From an uncultured Methanosarcinaceae archaeon (GTDB taxonomy: Archaea; Halobacteriota; Methanosarcinia; Methanosarcinales; Methanosarcinaceae): a DNA stretch of 64,000 nucleotides. A model generated the notes under the pieces. It was given only the letters and a program-made list of their open reading frames with translations, was not told the DNA's origin and did no database searches. A program made the position numbers and the translations under genes. Below are positions 10,556 through 19,532 of this stretch, piece after piece. Within the stretch, counting starts at the first letter, position 1; each line of letters starts with the position of its first letter. The DNA is taken from NCBI GenBank assembly GCA_963847185.1, contig CAWJYV010000010.1:224001-288000 (forward strand). Direction: 5' to 3'.

Positions 10556-10691
10556 ACTGAGATAAATAACTGAGATAAATAACTGAGATAAATAACTGAG
10601 ATAAATAACCAAGATAAATAACTGAAGATAAATAACTGAGATAAATAACCAAGATAAATAACTGAGGTAAATAACTGAGATAAATAACTGA
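10556..10691. repeat. 13-bp tandem repeat (ACTGAGATAAATA), about 10 copies
   Basis: Directly visible, with variants ACCAAGATAAATA and ACTGAGGTAAATA. Lies 26 bp upstream of the nitroreductase start. Confidence 0.95.
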
Positions 10692-11103
10692 CTGATATCT
10701 CTTTTCAGCTCAGGGAGTCATATTATGTCTTATATTCTCTTTCATTCTCCAAGAAAGGCTTTCCCGAAAATCTGCTATATTTTTAGAATCTCTACGTGGC
10801 TATAAGACATTCTTCATGCCTTAACTGCCCCTGGGCAATATGAGCAGAATTTTTGTTCCCCTAGCCGATTTCTGTCATCCTGTTCTCCCTCATTTAAGCC
10901 CAAAAAGGAGATAAATACTGGAGTAAACCACTTCTCTATGAAGATATAGCCCTGAAAATATAAATTGATTCTTCTTTTAGAAAGTATTGAATCTGAAAAT
11001 CAAAGAATCAGTTTTATGAAAAAATGGTCTGTAAATCTTATCCATTATATGATTCAAACTATAAATTTCCTCTATACTCAAATTCAAACTATAAGGAAGT
11101 AGA

Positions 11104-12462
11104 TCAAGCTATAAGGAGATAGAGAAATGCTGAAACCCCTGCCCCTGCAAAAGTTGCCACAAAATTGACTCCGCTGTTTGAAAGTATTCCTCTCTTCTGT
11201 AGCGTAGCTCCTAGATAACTGTCTATGTTTGTCCCCATGAAGCCACCTGCTGTTGTAATAAGAACTGTGAGCCAGAAATTGTCAGATACACCCAGTACGT
11301 AGGCAAGGATACCTATTATGGCTGAACCGAAAATTGCAGCAAGCTCCCCAAGTGAGGAAACTGCCCCATCGGCTCCGGGTTCTGAAAGCTTGAGGGTTGT
11401 AATCATCCTTGGCCTTCCTTTTGCCGTTGTCCCTATTTCACTTGCCAGGGTATCTCCTGTTGCTGTTGCAACCGTACCAAGGTATGCATAAATAATCGGA
11501 AGACTGTGTTCCGGAAAAACTCCATATGCAACTGCCAGGACAAGGGCTGCTGTGCTGTTTGAAAACACATTTTCGTAGCTCCGGATTCCGTCTTTAGCCT
11601 GTGCAATCCCTATGGATTCTTTATATGCAAACTTGTATCTGGTAAACCCACCTCCGAGAATAAAAAACGTAAGCAAAAGCAAGAACCAGGACAGCCCGCT
11701 GAAAACAATTATAAGAACTCCAAGAAGGGCGGCACTTAGGAGAGCTGAGACATCAGCAATTTTCGCCTTGTAGGCCAGAAGACCAAGAAAAAATGAAAAG
11801 GCAAGAGCGATAAGCATCTTTTCCGGAGGGACCCAATATCTGAATTCTTCAAAAATCCACATTGTCATTCCTGCGCCCAGAGGCACTGAAATGTTCTTGT
11901 CTATTCTTGAGGGGATTGACTCAAAAAGGGAGCCTGTGACTGCCCCGATTACAGCGATGAAAAATATGAGATTGTATGAGACTGAGAGATTCTGCCAGTA
12001 GACGATCCAGCCTGCCGCAAGGAAAGCTGCAAGAATTCTTATTCCAAGGAAAGCCGAACTCCAGATCATTGAAAAACTTTTCTTTTTAAGCCTGCTCCTT
12101 CTTGATTGAAAATCCTGACCAGAGTCTATTTCCGAAAAAGAAGTTTTATGATTCCCTACTGCCGCAACTGCAAAAGCAGCAAGTACTATGTAAAAAGGAT
12201 ATGTATACGAAAAACTCCCTGAAATTATAGAAACAAATAACATCAGACATAAAGAAAAATAAATACTGATGACTTCCCTGTAGTTTGGAAGAGAACTTCC
12301 CGAAAATCTTAATCCCAGAAAAAGTATGATGGAGAGGAGAAAGAGTAAATTAACTCCTGCAAAAGGGGCTATAAGAATGAGCAGGAAATAGAGAGTGTGC
12401 ATTGCTGGGATCCTATGATCGGTATTCCAGCTTTTTAAATGTCGAGTGGCTCTGTTCATCAT
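11104..12462 (-). CDS. DUF92 / TIGR00297 family membrane protein
   Basis: RSYENVFSN, ATATGDTLASEIG, PGADGAVS and IDSYLGATLQ motifs, plus an N-terminal DKNISVPL cytidylyltransferase/kinase-like TM region. Confidence 0.88.
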   Translation of the reverse strand: MMNRATRHLKSWNTDHRIPAMHTLYFLLILIAPFAGVNLLFLLSIILFLGLRFSGSSLPNYREVISIYFSLCLMLFVSIISGSFSYTYPFYIVLAAFAVAAVGNHKTSFSEIDSGQDFQSRRSRLKKKSFSMIWSSAFLGIRILAAFLAAGWIVYWQNLSVSYNLIFFIAVIGAVTGSLFESIPSRIDKNISVPLGAGMTMWIFEEFRYWVPPEKMLIALAFSFFLGLLAYKAKIADVSALLSAALLGVLIIVFSGLSWFLLLLTFFILGGGFTRYKFAYKESIGIAQAKDGIRSYENVFSNSTAALVLAVAYGVFPEHSLPIIYAYLGTVATATGDTLASEIGTTAKGRPRMITTLKLSEPGADGAVSSLGELAAIFGSAIIGILAYVLGVSDNFWLTVLITTAGGFMGTNIDSYLGATLQKRGILSNSGVNFVATFAGAGVSAFLYLLIA

Positions 12463-13009
12463 AAGACATCTTTTGTTTTTATACTCCTTCAGGGAAGCTA
12501 GATAAAATATACTTTTCTTTATAAATAGATGGTTGTTTCTTTCTGAGAATTATTACACAATACAAATCAAAATTACACAATGTAGATAAAAAATCTACAT
12601 AGTATTGACAAAAATTTACACGATATAGATCAAAATCAAAATTATCTATTTTACCTTTTTTGGTCTAAAGCTTAATTTAGGCCCTTATAGACCGCTTTTC
12701 ATAGAATATTAAAAAGTTAAATCATTTTTTCTCTATTGTTTTTTCAATTTTTCCCGGCTACTTGAGGTTATGATGAGAATATATTCTCTTTTAATTAGCT
12801 GGAAGCATAGTGATTCTGATCCATAAGTATAACCCAAAATAAGTTCATATTTCATAATCGACAAATCAACCATAAGGGTTACAAGACTGAAACTAATTTG
12901 CTAAACCCATTCAGGTTTTTGATATCTGTTAAGGATTTACATATTATTCAGAGATTCAGGGAAGCATGCAATAGATATAACCAATTTATATTTACTGTGA
13001 GGGGAAAGA

Positions 13010-14440
13010 ATGGAAAATTACGATCTTATTGTAATAGGAACGGGTTCCTCAATGAACTACATAAACCGTATAATCGACTCGAACCCGGAAATGAGAATTG
13101 CTGTTATCGACAAAGACGAACCCGGCGGGATCTGTCTTACAAGAGGATGTATTCCTTCTAAACTTCTGCTCTATCCTGCTGAACTTATACGAGATATAGA
13201 AACTGCATCTCTTTTCGGGATCAAGCTTGAGATCAAAGCCATTGACTTCAGTGTGATCATGGAAAGGATGCGAAAGAAAATAGGAGAAGATATAGAGATG
13301 ATAAGAAAGGGATTGACTGAAAATCCCTATCTTGATTACTATCATGGAACTGCGGAGTTTATCTCTCCATATACTTTGAAAGTAGGCGAAAAAACGCTTT
13401 ACTCAAAGATGATTTTCCTGTGTACAGGCTCAAGACCTGCCATACCTCCTGTTAAAGGACTCGAAGAAGCCGGATATCTTACAAGCGATACCGTGCTTGG
13501 ACTCAAAGAGTGCCCTTCCAATCTTGCTATTCTTGGGGGAGGATACATTGCAGCCGAATACGGGCACTTTTTCTCAGCAATGGGAACGGAAGTCACTGTT
13601 ATCGGAAGAAATTCCCGATTCCTTCCCCAGGAAGAGCCCGAAATCTCCGAACTTGCCAGGATAAAAATGTCGGAATACATGAAGATCCTTACAGACTATG
13701 AAGTCCTGGAGGTCAGAAAAGAAGCTAACGGACAGAAAACTATAATCGGGAAGAATAAAAGTTCGGGAGAAGAAATGAAAATCACTGTAGATGAGATCCT
13801 CGTAGCTACAGGAAGAGTTCCAAATACGGACATCCTCCATCCCGAAAGAGCCGGAATCAAAACGGACATTCAGGGCTGGATTCTGGTAAATGAATATCTC
13901 GAAACTTCACAGCCAAATATCTGGGCTATGGGAGATGCAAACGGGAAATACATGTTTAAGCATGTAGGGAATTACGAGTCCGGAATAGTTTATCTGAACG
14001 CTATCCTGAAAGAAAGAATGAAAGTAGACTACCACGCTGTACCGCACGCAGTCTTTTCCTATCCTGAGATCGCCGGGGCAGGCATGGGGGAGCAGGAAGC
14101 CGTAGAAAAGTATGGAGAAGAAAGAATAGTCATAGGCCTCAAATTCTTTGAAGATACGGCAAAAGGGGCTGCAATGGAGCTCAGAGATTATTTCGTAAAG
14201 GTAATTCTGGATGGCGAGGAAGAGAAAATTCTGGGTGCCCATATTATAGGGCCTCATGCGTCAATTTTGATACACCAGATAATTCCTCTAATGTATACGG
14301 AATCAAGAGGTACGGAACCGATTATGCATGGTATGGTTATCCATCCGTCCCTTAATGAAGTTGTGACCAGCGCGTTTTATTCACGGCTGCCCCTGGAGCA
14401 CTACCATCATTTCTTGAAACATGTGGGCCTTGAGGATTGA
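13010..14440 (+). CDS. Dihydrolipoamide dehydrogenase-like pyridine nucleotide-disulfide oxidoreductase
   Basis: GGICLTRGCIPSK redox disulfide, GGGYIAAE NAD-binding motif and C-terminal HPSLNE. Confidence 0.9.
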   Translation: MENYDLIVIGTGSSMNYINRIIDSNPEMRIAVIDKDEPGGICLTRGCIPSKLLLYPAELIRDIETASLFGIKLEIKAIDFSVIMERMRKKIGEDIEMIRKGLTENPYLDYYHGTAEFISPYTLKVGEKTLYSKMIFLCTGSRPAIPPVKGLEEAGYLTSDTVLGLKECPSNLAILGGGYIAAEYGHFFSAMGTEVTVIGRNSRFLPQEEPEISELARIKMSEYMKILTDYEVLEVRKEANGQKTIIGKNKSSGEEMKITVDEILVATGRVPNTDILHPERAGIKTDIQGWILVNEYLETSQPNIWAMGDANGKYMFKHVGNYESGIVYLNAILKERMKVDYHAVPHAVFSYPEIAGAGMGEQEAVEKYGEERIVIGLKFFEDTAKGAAMELRDYFVKVILDGEEEKILGAHIIGPHASILIHQIIPLMYTESRGTEPIMHGMVIHPSLNEVVTSAFYSRLPLEHYHHFLKHVGLED

Positions 14441-14567
14441 GTAAAAATTTTCCTTTTCTTCCTTTTCTTAATCTTTTTTTCTTATCTTTTTATTAACTCT
14501 TTTCTTCTTAATCCATTTTTTAACCCTGCCATTCGATCTTTTTTTCTTAATCCTCTCCATTTAATAT

Positions 14568-15398
14568 TTACTTTTTGATCAGGTCAAAAACCCACCTGCT
14601 AATGCCTGGAGCGACGTTTCCGCTGCGTCTGTAAAGTTCCACATCAAGCCCCATTTTTTTGTACTCAGTAATCAGCCCTGGAATCTGGGATTCAGCCTTG
14701 AAGGTGTAGAAATGAACGTATCCATCTTTTCTGACAAGTTTTGAGATTTCATAAAGGAAATGATCCATGCCATAAGGTGTAGGCACAATGGCTCTGTCAA
14801 ACCCATTTTCAGGAACCTGGAGGTTATTAATCTGGGAGATCTCCTCAAAATCTCCCTGAATAACCTTTACTTGCCTTTCAAGCCTGTTGATTCGAAGATT
14901 TTCCTGCAAGTAGGTGCAGGCGTCGGGATTTATTTCGACAGCATACACTTTTGCACCTTTTCCTGCAGCAGGAAGCACAAAAGGGCCTACTCCAGCAAAA
15001 GGAATTATGATGCATTCCCCAGGTGTAATTTTTGAGATAACTCTTTTTCTTTCTGTATACAGACGAGGATTAAAAAAGACTTTTTTTACATCAAGTTTGT
15101 AGGCATAGCCGTTTTCCCTGTGAATGGTTTCTGCAGATTCTCCGAGCAGAAGTTCAAAATCAGCAACTCTATGCTCTCCTTCAAGCTTACTCACCTTATT
15201 AAGTACAGCCCGCGTGTTTCCTCTCATTGAAAACAGTTTTGAGGCAATAACCTCTTTATAAGCCGAAAGTTCTGCAGGAATGGAGATTACTGCCACATCT
15301 CCCACATAATCAAAACGTTTTGGCACCATATGAAGCAGAGGTTCCTCAATTATTCCTCTCATCTCGTCTCGTAAACTCACCCTGTTTCGAAAACTCAT
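14568..15398 (-). CDS. Met-10+/Trm5-Tyw2 family SAM-dependent methyltransferase
   Basis: FDYVGDVAVI, HRENG..YKLDVKKVFFNPRL, PFAGVGPF and EINPDA. Confidence 0.85.
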   Translation of the reverse strand: MSFRNRVSLRDEMRGIIEEPLLHMVPKRFDYVGDVAVISIPAELSAYKEVIASKLFSMRGNTRAVLNKVSKLEGEHRVADFELLLGESAETIHRENGYAYKLDVKKVFFNPRLYTERKRVISKITPGECIIIPFAGVGPFVLPAAGKGAKVYAVEINPDACTYLQENLRINRLERQVKVIQGDFEEISQINNLQVPENGFDRAIVPTPYGMDHFLYEISKLVRKDGYVHFYTFKAESQIPGLITEYKKMGLDVELYRRSGNVAPGISRWVFDLIKK

Positions 15399-15554
15399 TC
15401 AGAATACCTCTGCCTGTCGAACCATAGGCTTTTCAGGATAAATTTTTCAGGATTCTTTTCAGAATATGTTTCGGATAAATTTTCCAGCTTTGCTTTTCAG
15501 GAGTTATTCTAATATATCTTTTTTGTTATAGAAATATAAAATACGGGAAAGAAG

Positions 15555-15618
15555 TAAAGTACAGGGAAATAGGAAATAAAGTACAGGGAAATAAAGTACA
15601 GGGAAATAAAGTACAGGA
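15555..15618. repeat. 15-bp tandem repeat (TAAAGTACAGGGAAA), about 4 copies
   Basis: Directly visible in the intergenic region. Confidence 0.85.
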
Positions 15619-15683
15619 ACAGCGGGAAAAATAAAACCAGAAAATTCTCAAAAACATTTCTGGATTATACAGGATTAATTTCA

Positions 15684-16091
15684 ATGAAAATTATTATAGA
15701 GACTCCAAAATACAGTTTTTGGAAGTATTGCAGAACAGAAAAGGGCTATGAAAGATCTTTCTTTTCCCCTCTGCCTGCAATTTTCAATTACGGCTTCATA
15801 GAAGGGACAGAAAGCCCTGACGGAATGGAGGAAGATGTGGTCGTACTCGGACCTCGCCTGCCTAGAGGAAGTACGCTTGAAAGGGAAGATTTTGATGGAA
15901 TAGTAAAGTTCCTGGACGATTCTGTTCGGGACGATAAGAAAGTGGTGTATATCAGCGGGTTTTCTTCTCCTTTTTTGCTTGCTTATTATTTCAGAATTTA
16001 TGCTCTTTTTAAAATCTTCCTCTATGCATGTCGCAAAAGAAAAATCACAGCATGTAAGTTTGAAGGAATTGTGCTAAGAAAATCGCGCTAA
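15684..16091 (+). CDS. Short family I inorganic pyrophosphatase-like protein
   Basis: IIETPK...FNYGFIEGT..PDGMEEDVVVLG...DDK motifs; only 135 aa. Confidence 0.7.
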   Translation: MKIIIETPKYSFWKYCRTEKGYERSFFSPLPAIFNYGFIEGTESPDGMEEDVVVLGPRLPRGSTLEREDFDGIVKFLDDSVRDDKKVVYISGFSSPFLLAYYFRIYALFKIFLYACRKRKITACKFEGIVLRKSR

Positions 16092-16208
16092 CAGGTTTCT
16101 AAAAACGCTGAAAAATTATCAGATTCTCTAACCTTTTATTTCTTCTGATAAAACAAGTTAGAAAACTACTAATAATTTAAAGAAGCTTAAAAAAAAGGTG
16201 CTTTTAAC

Positions 16209-17351
16209 ATGCCTTTTCATGTAATGCTGATCCCGACCCTTGGCTGCCCTGCTAATTGCAGTTATTGCTGGAGTTCCGAAGAGAAATCCCCGATAATGAG
16301 TATGGAAACCATAAAAGAAGTGGTTGAATGGCTTAAAGGTTTCAGGGGAGATTCGGTTACTTTTACTTTTCATGGTGGGGAACCTCTTCTGGCAGGTGCG
16401 GATTTTTACAGGGAAGCATTACCTCTACTGGCTGAAAGCTTAAACTCCAGGAGAATAGCCTTTGCGATACAGACCAACCTCTGGAAACTTACTCCCGAAA
16501 TAGCCGAGATTTTTGCCGAATACAATATTCCTATAGGTTCCAGTCTGGACGGCCCGCAGGAACTCAATGACCTGCAGCGGGGAAAAGGTTACTATGAAAA
16601 AACCATGAGAGGACATGAAATTGCCAGGGCTCACGGGCTTGATGTGAGATTCATTACCACTTTTACTTCCTATTCTGTAAAGTTCAGGGAGGAGATTTTC
16701 AATTTTTATCTTGAAAAAGGCTTTACTCTTAAGTTGCACCCCTGCCTGCCTTCTATAAAAGGGGAAAACCCCGAAAAATGGACCCTTTCTCCGGAAGAAT
16801 ACGGAGAACTTTTAATTTATCTTCTGGATAAGTATCTGGAGAACATTGGCAGAATTGAAGTTATGAATATTGATCACCTCTGCAAATGCGTTTTCACAGG
16901 CAGGGGTACTGTCTGTACCTATGTTGACTGCATGGGAGACACATTTGCAGTCGGCCCTGATGGAAGCATATACCCTTGCTATCGCTTTGTGGGCATGCCA
17001 GAATACGTTATGGGAAATGTTTATGACCACCCTACCATGGCAGACCTTGCCCAGTCAGATGCCTGGAAGCTCATGCACAGGTTTAAAGAATATGTGGACA
17101 CAGCATGCGGCAAATGCGCCCATATCAAATACTGCAGAGGCGGCTGTCCTTACAATGCAATAGTTCCTACAAACGGTGAAATAAAAGGTGTAGATCCGCA
17201 CTGCATTGCTTATAAGATAATTTTTGATGAGATAAACAACAGGGTCAACGAGGAAATGTTTGGTTCCTCTGGTATGATGAATATGTTCCAGCCTCAGTCT
17301 ATGGAGCCTTCAAGATCGGGCATAATGTCTCTAATGCTTAAAAAGATCTAA
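16209..17351 (+). CDS. Radical SAM/SPASM enzyme, methanogen putative peptide-modifying family (TIGR04083-like)
   Basis: CPANCSYC radical SAM motif and FHGGEPLL; SPASM motifs GSIYPCYRF and CGKCAHIKYCRGGCPY...DPHC. Confidence 0.88.
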   Translation: MPFHVMLIPTLGCPANCSYCWSSEEKSPIMSMETIKEVVEWLKGFRGDSVTFTFHGGEPLLAGADFYREALPLLAESLNSRRIAFAIQTNLWKLTPEIAEIFAEYNIPIGSSLDGPQELNDLQRGKGYYEKTMRGHEIARAHGLDVRFITTFTSYSVKFREEIFNFYLEKGFTLKLHPCLPSIKGENPEKWTLSPEEYGELLIYLLDKYLENIGRIEVMNIDHLCKCVFTGRGTVCTYVDCMGDTFAVGPDGSIYPCYRFVGMPEYVMGNVYDHPTMADLAQSDAWKLMHRFKEYVDTACGKCAHIKYCRGGCPYNAIVPTNGEIKGVDPHCIAYKIIFDEINNRVNEEMFGSSGMMNMFQPQSMEPSRSGIMSLMLKKI

Positions 17352-17446
17352 AACAGGTTATGTAGCAAATATCTGAAAGCGGGTTAATACTGAAAATTCA
17401 TGAATTAATCAAGCTTTTAATTATCTGGTAATCATACTTTAGCCGT

Positions 17447-17546
17447 GGGTATGAGTTATTGATCAAGTCCGTAAAGCGAGTATATCTACTGCATATTGGG
17501 GAAATGTAGGGAGATTCCTGTGCTTTCAGTTTTCAATAACTCACCC
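17447..17546. mobile_element. MITE-like repeat family A, copy 1 (about 100 bp)
   Basis: Ends are GGGTATGAGTTATTGA ... TCAATAACTCACCC; homologous to 27362-27464 and 41627-41727. Confidence 0.7.
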
Positions 17547-17716
17547 TACTACCTCAAATTTCTTGTGCAATATATTGAGAATGCACTAAAAATGCCTTAT
17601 TTTGTATTTAATCGAAACCTCTTTATTCTTGAGTTGCATAAATAGGATAGTGGATTCCGGTTTGTTTGTAAATCAAATAAATAATTATCGGAGATCTTGT
17701 GATCTGGAAGGTTTGT

Positions 17717-17827
17717 ATGGACCATGATGACTTGATACAGCAAAACAGAATAATGAACAAAGTAATGATCTGTACTTTCGGTGTACTGCTTACTTTGTTG
17801 GCGCTAATCGGTTTGTATGGTGTCTGA
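17717..17827 (+). CDS. Small single-TM protein (36 aa), unannotated
   Basis: MDHDDLIQQNRIMNKVMICTFGVLLTLLALIGLYGV*; GGAAGGT Shine-Dalgarno-like sequence upstream; below the ORF track cutoff. Confidence 0.6.
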   Translation: MDHDDLIQQNRIMNKVMICTFGVLLTLLALIGLYGV

Positions 17828-18502
17828 ACTTTATCTTTTAAAGGTTAGAGTTCAGGAGAATGCGGCAATTTAATCGGAAGAATTGCAGGCTTCTCATAAC
17901 CCTGACTTTTCGTAAAGCGCAAATGAAATAAGAGTTTATTTTGGACAAGGAACCGGATTTTTCTTTATGGTTCCAGTTGTTACCTGAAGTTCCCTGGGAC
18001 CTCAGGAAGCCCGGAGTTTTCGGGTTTTCCGCAGGTCTTACAGGAAGGAACATTTCCAGCTTATTGGCCAGCCCGGCAGTGGACGTTGTGGAAAAAATGG
18101 CTGGCTAAAAGAGTGGAAAATAACAACTTCTTAAGTACAATCTCCAGTTTCTTGGCTGGCCCGGCAGAGGACGTTGTGGAAAAAATGGCTGGCTAAAGGA
18201 ACGGAACATAATAACTCATCAACTGCAATATTCAACTCATTAGCCAGCCCGGCAGAGGACGTTGTGGAAAAAAATGGCTGGTTAAAAGAGCGAATATAAT
18301 TTTCTACACTTTATACCAGGTTCTGAAAAAGGCTCCGGAAAGGAGCTTATAAAAGAGGGTTTTAAAATCCTGGAAAAAGGTGTTAAGGACAGGAAGAGAA
18401 CAGGGAGTGTGAACCCTAAAAGAGTAATCGTTGAGACGGCCCTGGGTGATGAGAACAGAGGAGATGAGATCTCCTTTTTTCAAGTTTCAGGGTCACTTTT
18501 TT
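17824..18502 (+). ncRNA. Candidate long structured RNA (or 3' UTR of the 36-aa ORF) containing a triple repeated hairpin
   Basis: A series of stems whose mismatches are G-U pairs on the + strand; three 88-nt units at 18064, 18152 and 18240; ends in a hairpin plus T-tracts at 18460-18502. Confidence 0.6.
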
Positions 18503-18562
18503 AAACCAATTTATTTAGGTTCAAGTTTGAGCTTAAAATCTGGTGGCAAAATTATTTTTTTT

Positions 18563-18683
18563 CAGAAAACCAATTTTATTCTCAAATCAGTAAATATTCA
18601 TAACTATTTTTGTGGTCAGAAACTATATTGATTATTCGGAATACGGGATTTAGAGAAGCGATTTTGAGTTTCGGGATCGACTC
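18563..18683. mobile_element. MITE-like repeat family B, degenerate copy
   Basis: Colinear similarity to 21896-22028; ends ATTTTGAGTTTCGGGATCGACTC. Confidence 0.5.
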
Positions 18684-18812
18684 TTAGAGTAAGATTATCT
18701 TACAATATAGGTAATACTATCTCATAATTCGCGTGAGATTATTTTACAATTCAAGTAAGATTATTTTATGATTTAGGTGAAGTATCTCACAATTGAGATT
18801 GGGTGAAATATT

Positions 18813-19442
18813 TTGAAACCTGGAGCAATGTTGGTCTGGAAGGAAACAAAAGGATACTGTAAATTGAGAAGGAGTAGTCTTTTATTTCTTTCTTTACTTG
18901 CAGGCCGGGTTGCAGCAAAAATTCTTGACCTCTGTGCTCTTCCTGAGATCATGGATTTACTATGGCAGATAATTAAATTCAATACCCGACACCTCACTCC
19001 AATAGAGGAACAGGAAGCTAGAAGCGTATTTGGAGAGAGTATCAATTATTCAAAAATACGTATCGATGAACATTCGCTCATTGCCTGGATAGGAGCAAAA
19101 ATAAACAAGTGTTCGAGTATGGGTGTTACCACTTTCCATACAATTAATTTTAATCAAAAAATCAGGACTGAAACCGGAAACCAAGATATGAAATGGCTTA
19201 TTCACGAGTTAACCCATATTGCTCAAATGGAGAGGTCAGGTTCGAAATACTTTGTTGAATCACTTTATGCACAGGCAACTGAAGGATATGCATACAAGCC
19301 TGGATCCAGACATCATTTGCGTGAGTATAACCGAGAGCAACAGGCATCCCTTATTGCAGATTATTATTTTACACTTATTTCAGGAAGCTCGACTGCAATT
19401 TATGATAGCTATATCGCAGAACTGAAAGCTGGAGAATTATGA
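18813..19442 (+). CDS. HExxH zinc metallopeptidase-like protein (DUF4157-like)
   Basis: LTPIE...VFGESINYSKIRI, WLIHELTHIAQ and NREQQA. Start codon uncertain. Confidence 0.7.
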   Translation: MKPGAMLVWKETKGYCKLRRSSLLFLSLLAGRVAAKILDLCALPEIMDLLWQIIKFNTRHLTPIEEQEARSVFGESINYSKIRIDEHSLIAWIGAKINKCSSMGVTTFHTINFNQKIRTETGNQDMKWLIHELTHIAQMERSGSKYFVESLYAQATEGYAYKPGSRHHLREYNREQQASLIADYYFTLISGSSTAIYDSYIAELKAGEL

Positions 19443-19532
19443 GATGTAGAGGATAAATATAAAATAAAGCCACAATTTACTGATAATCTCAAACAATTCA
19501 ATTCATTCATTTCATCCTTTTATTATTTTATT

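Noticed and set aside
12550-12640. Degenerate direct repeats of about 21 bp (ATTACACAAT..) as operator or iteron
   Set aside because: Low-complexity AT-rich repeats of a kind common throughout these intergenic regions; no supporting gene nearby.
8853-17351. Contiguous RiPP (TOMM/ranthipeptide) gene cluster
   Set aside because: The SagB-like and rSAM genes are separated by unrelated genes on mixed strands, with no YcaO, precursor or exporter adjacent.
18064-18285. CRISPR array interpretation of the 45-bp repeats with 43-nt spacers
   Set aside because: The spacers resemble each other and pair as extensions of the stems. There are only three units, no ATTGAAA(C/G)-type end and no cas genes in the window.
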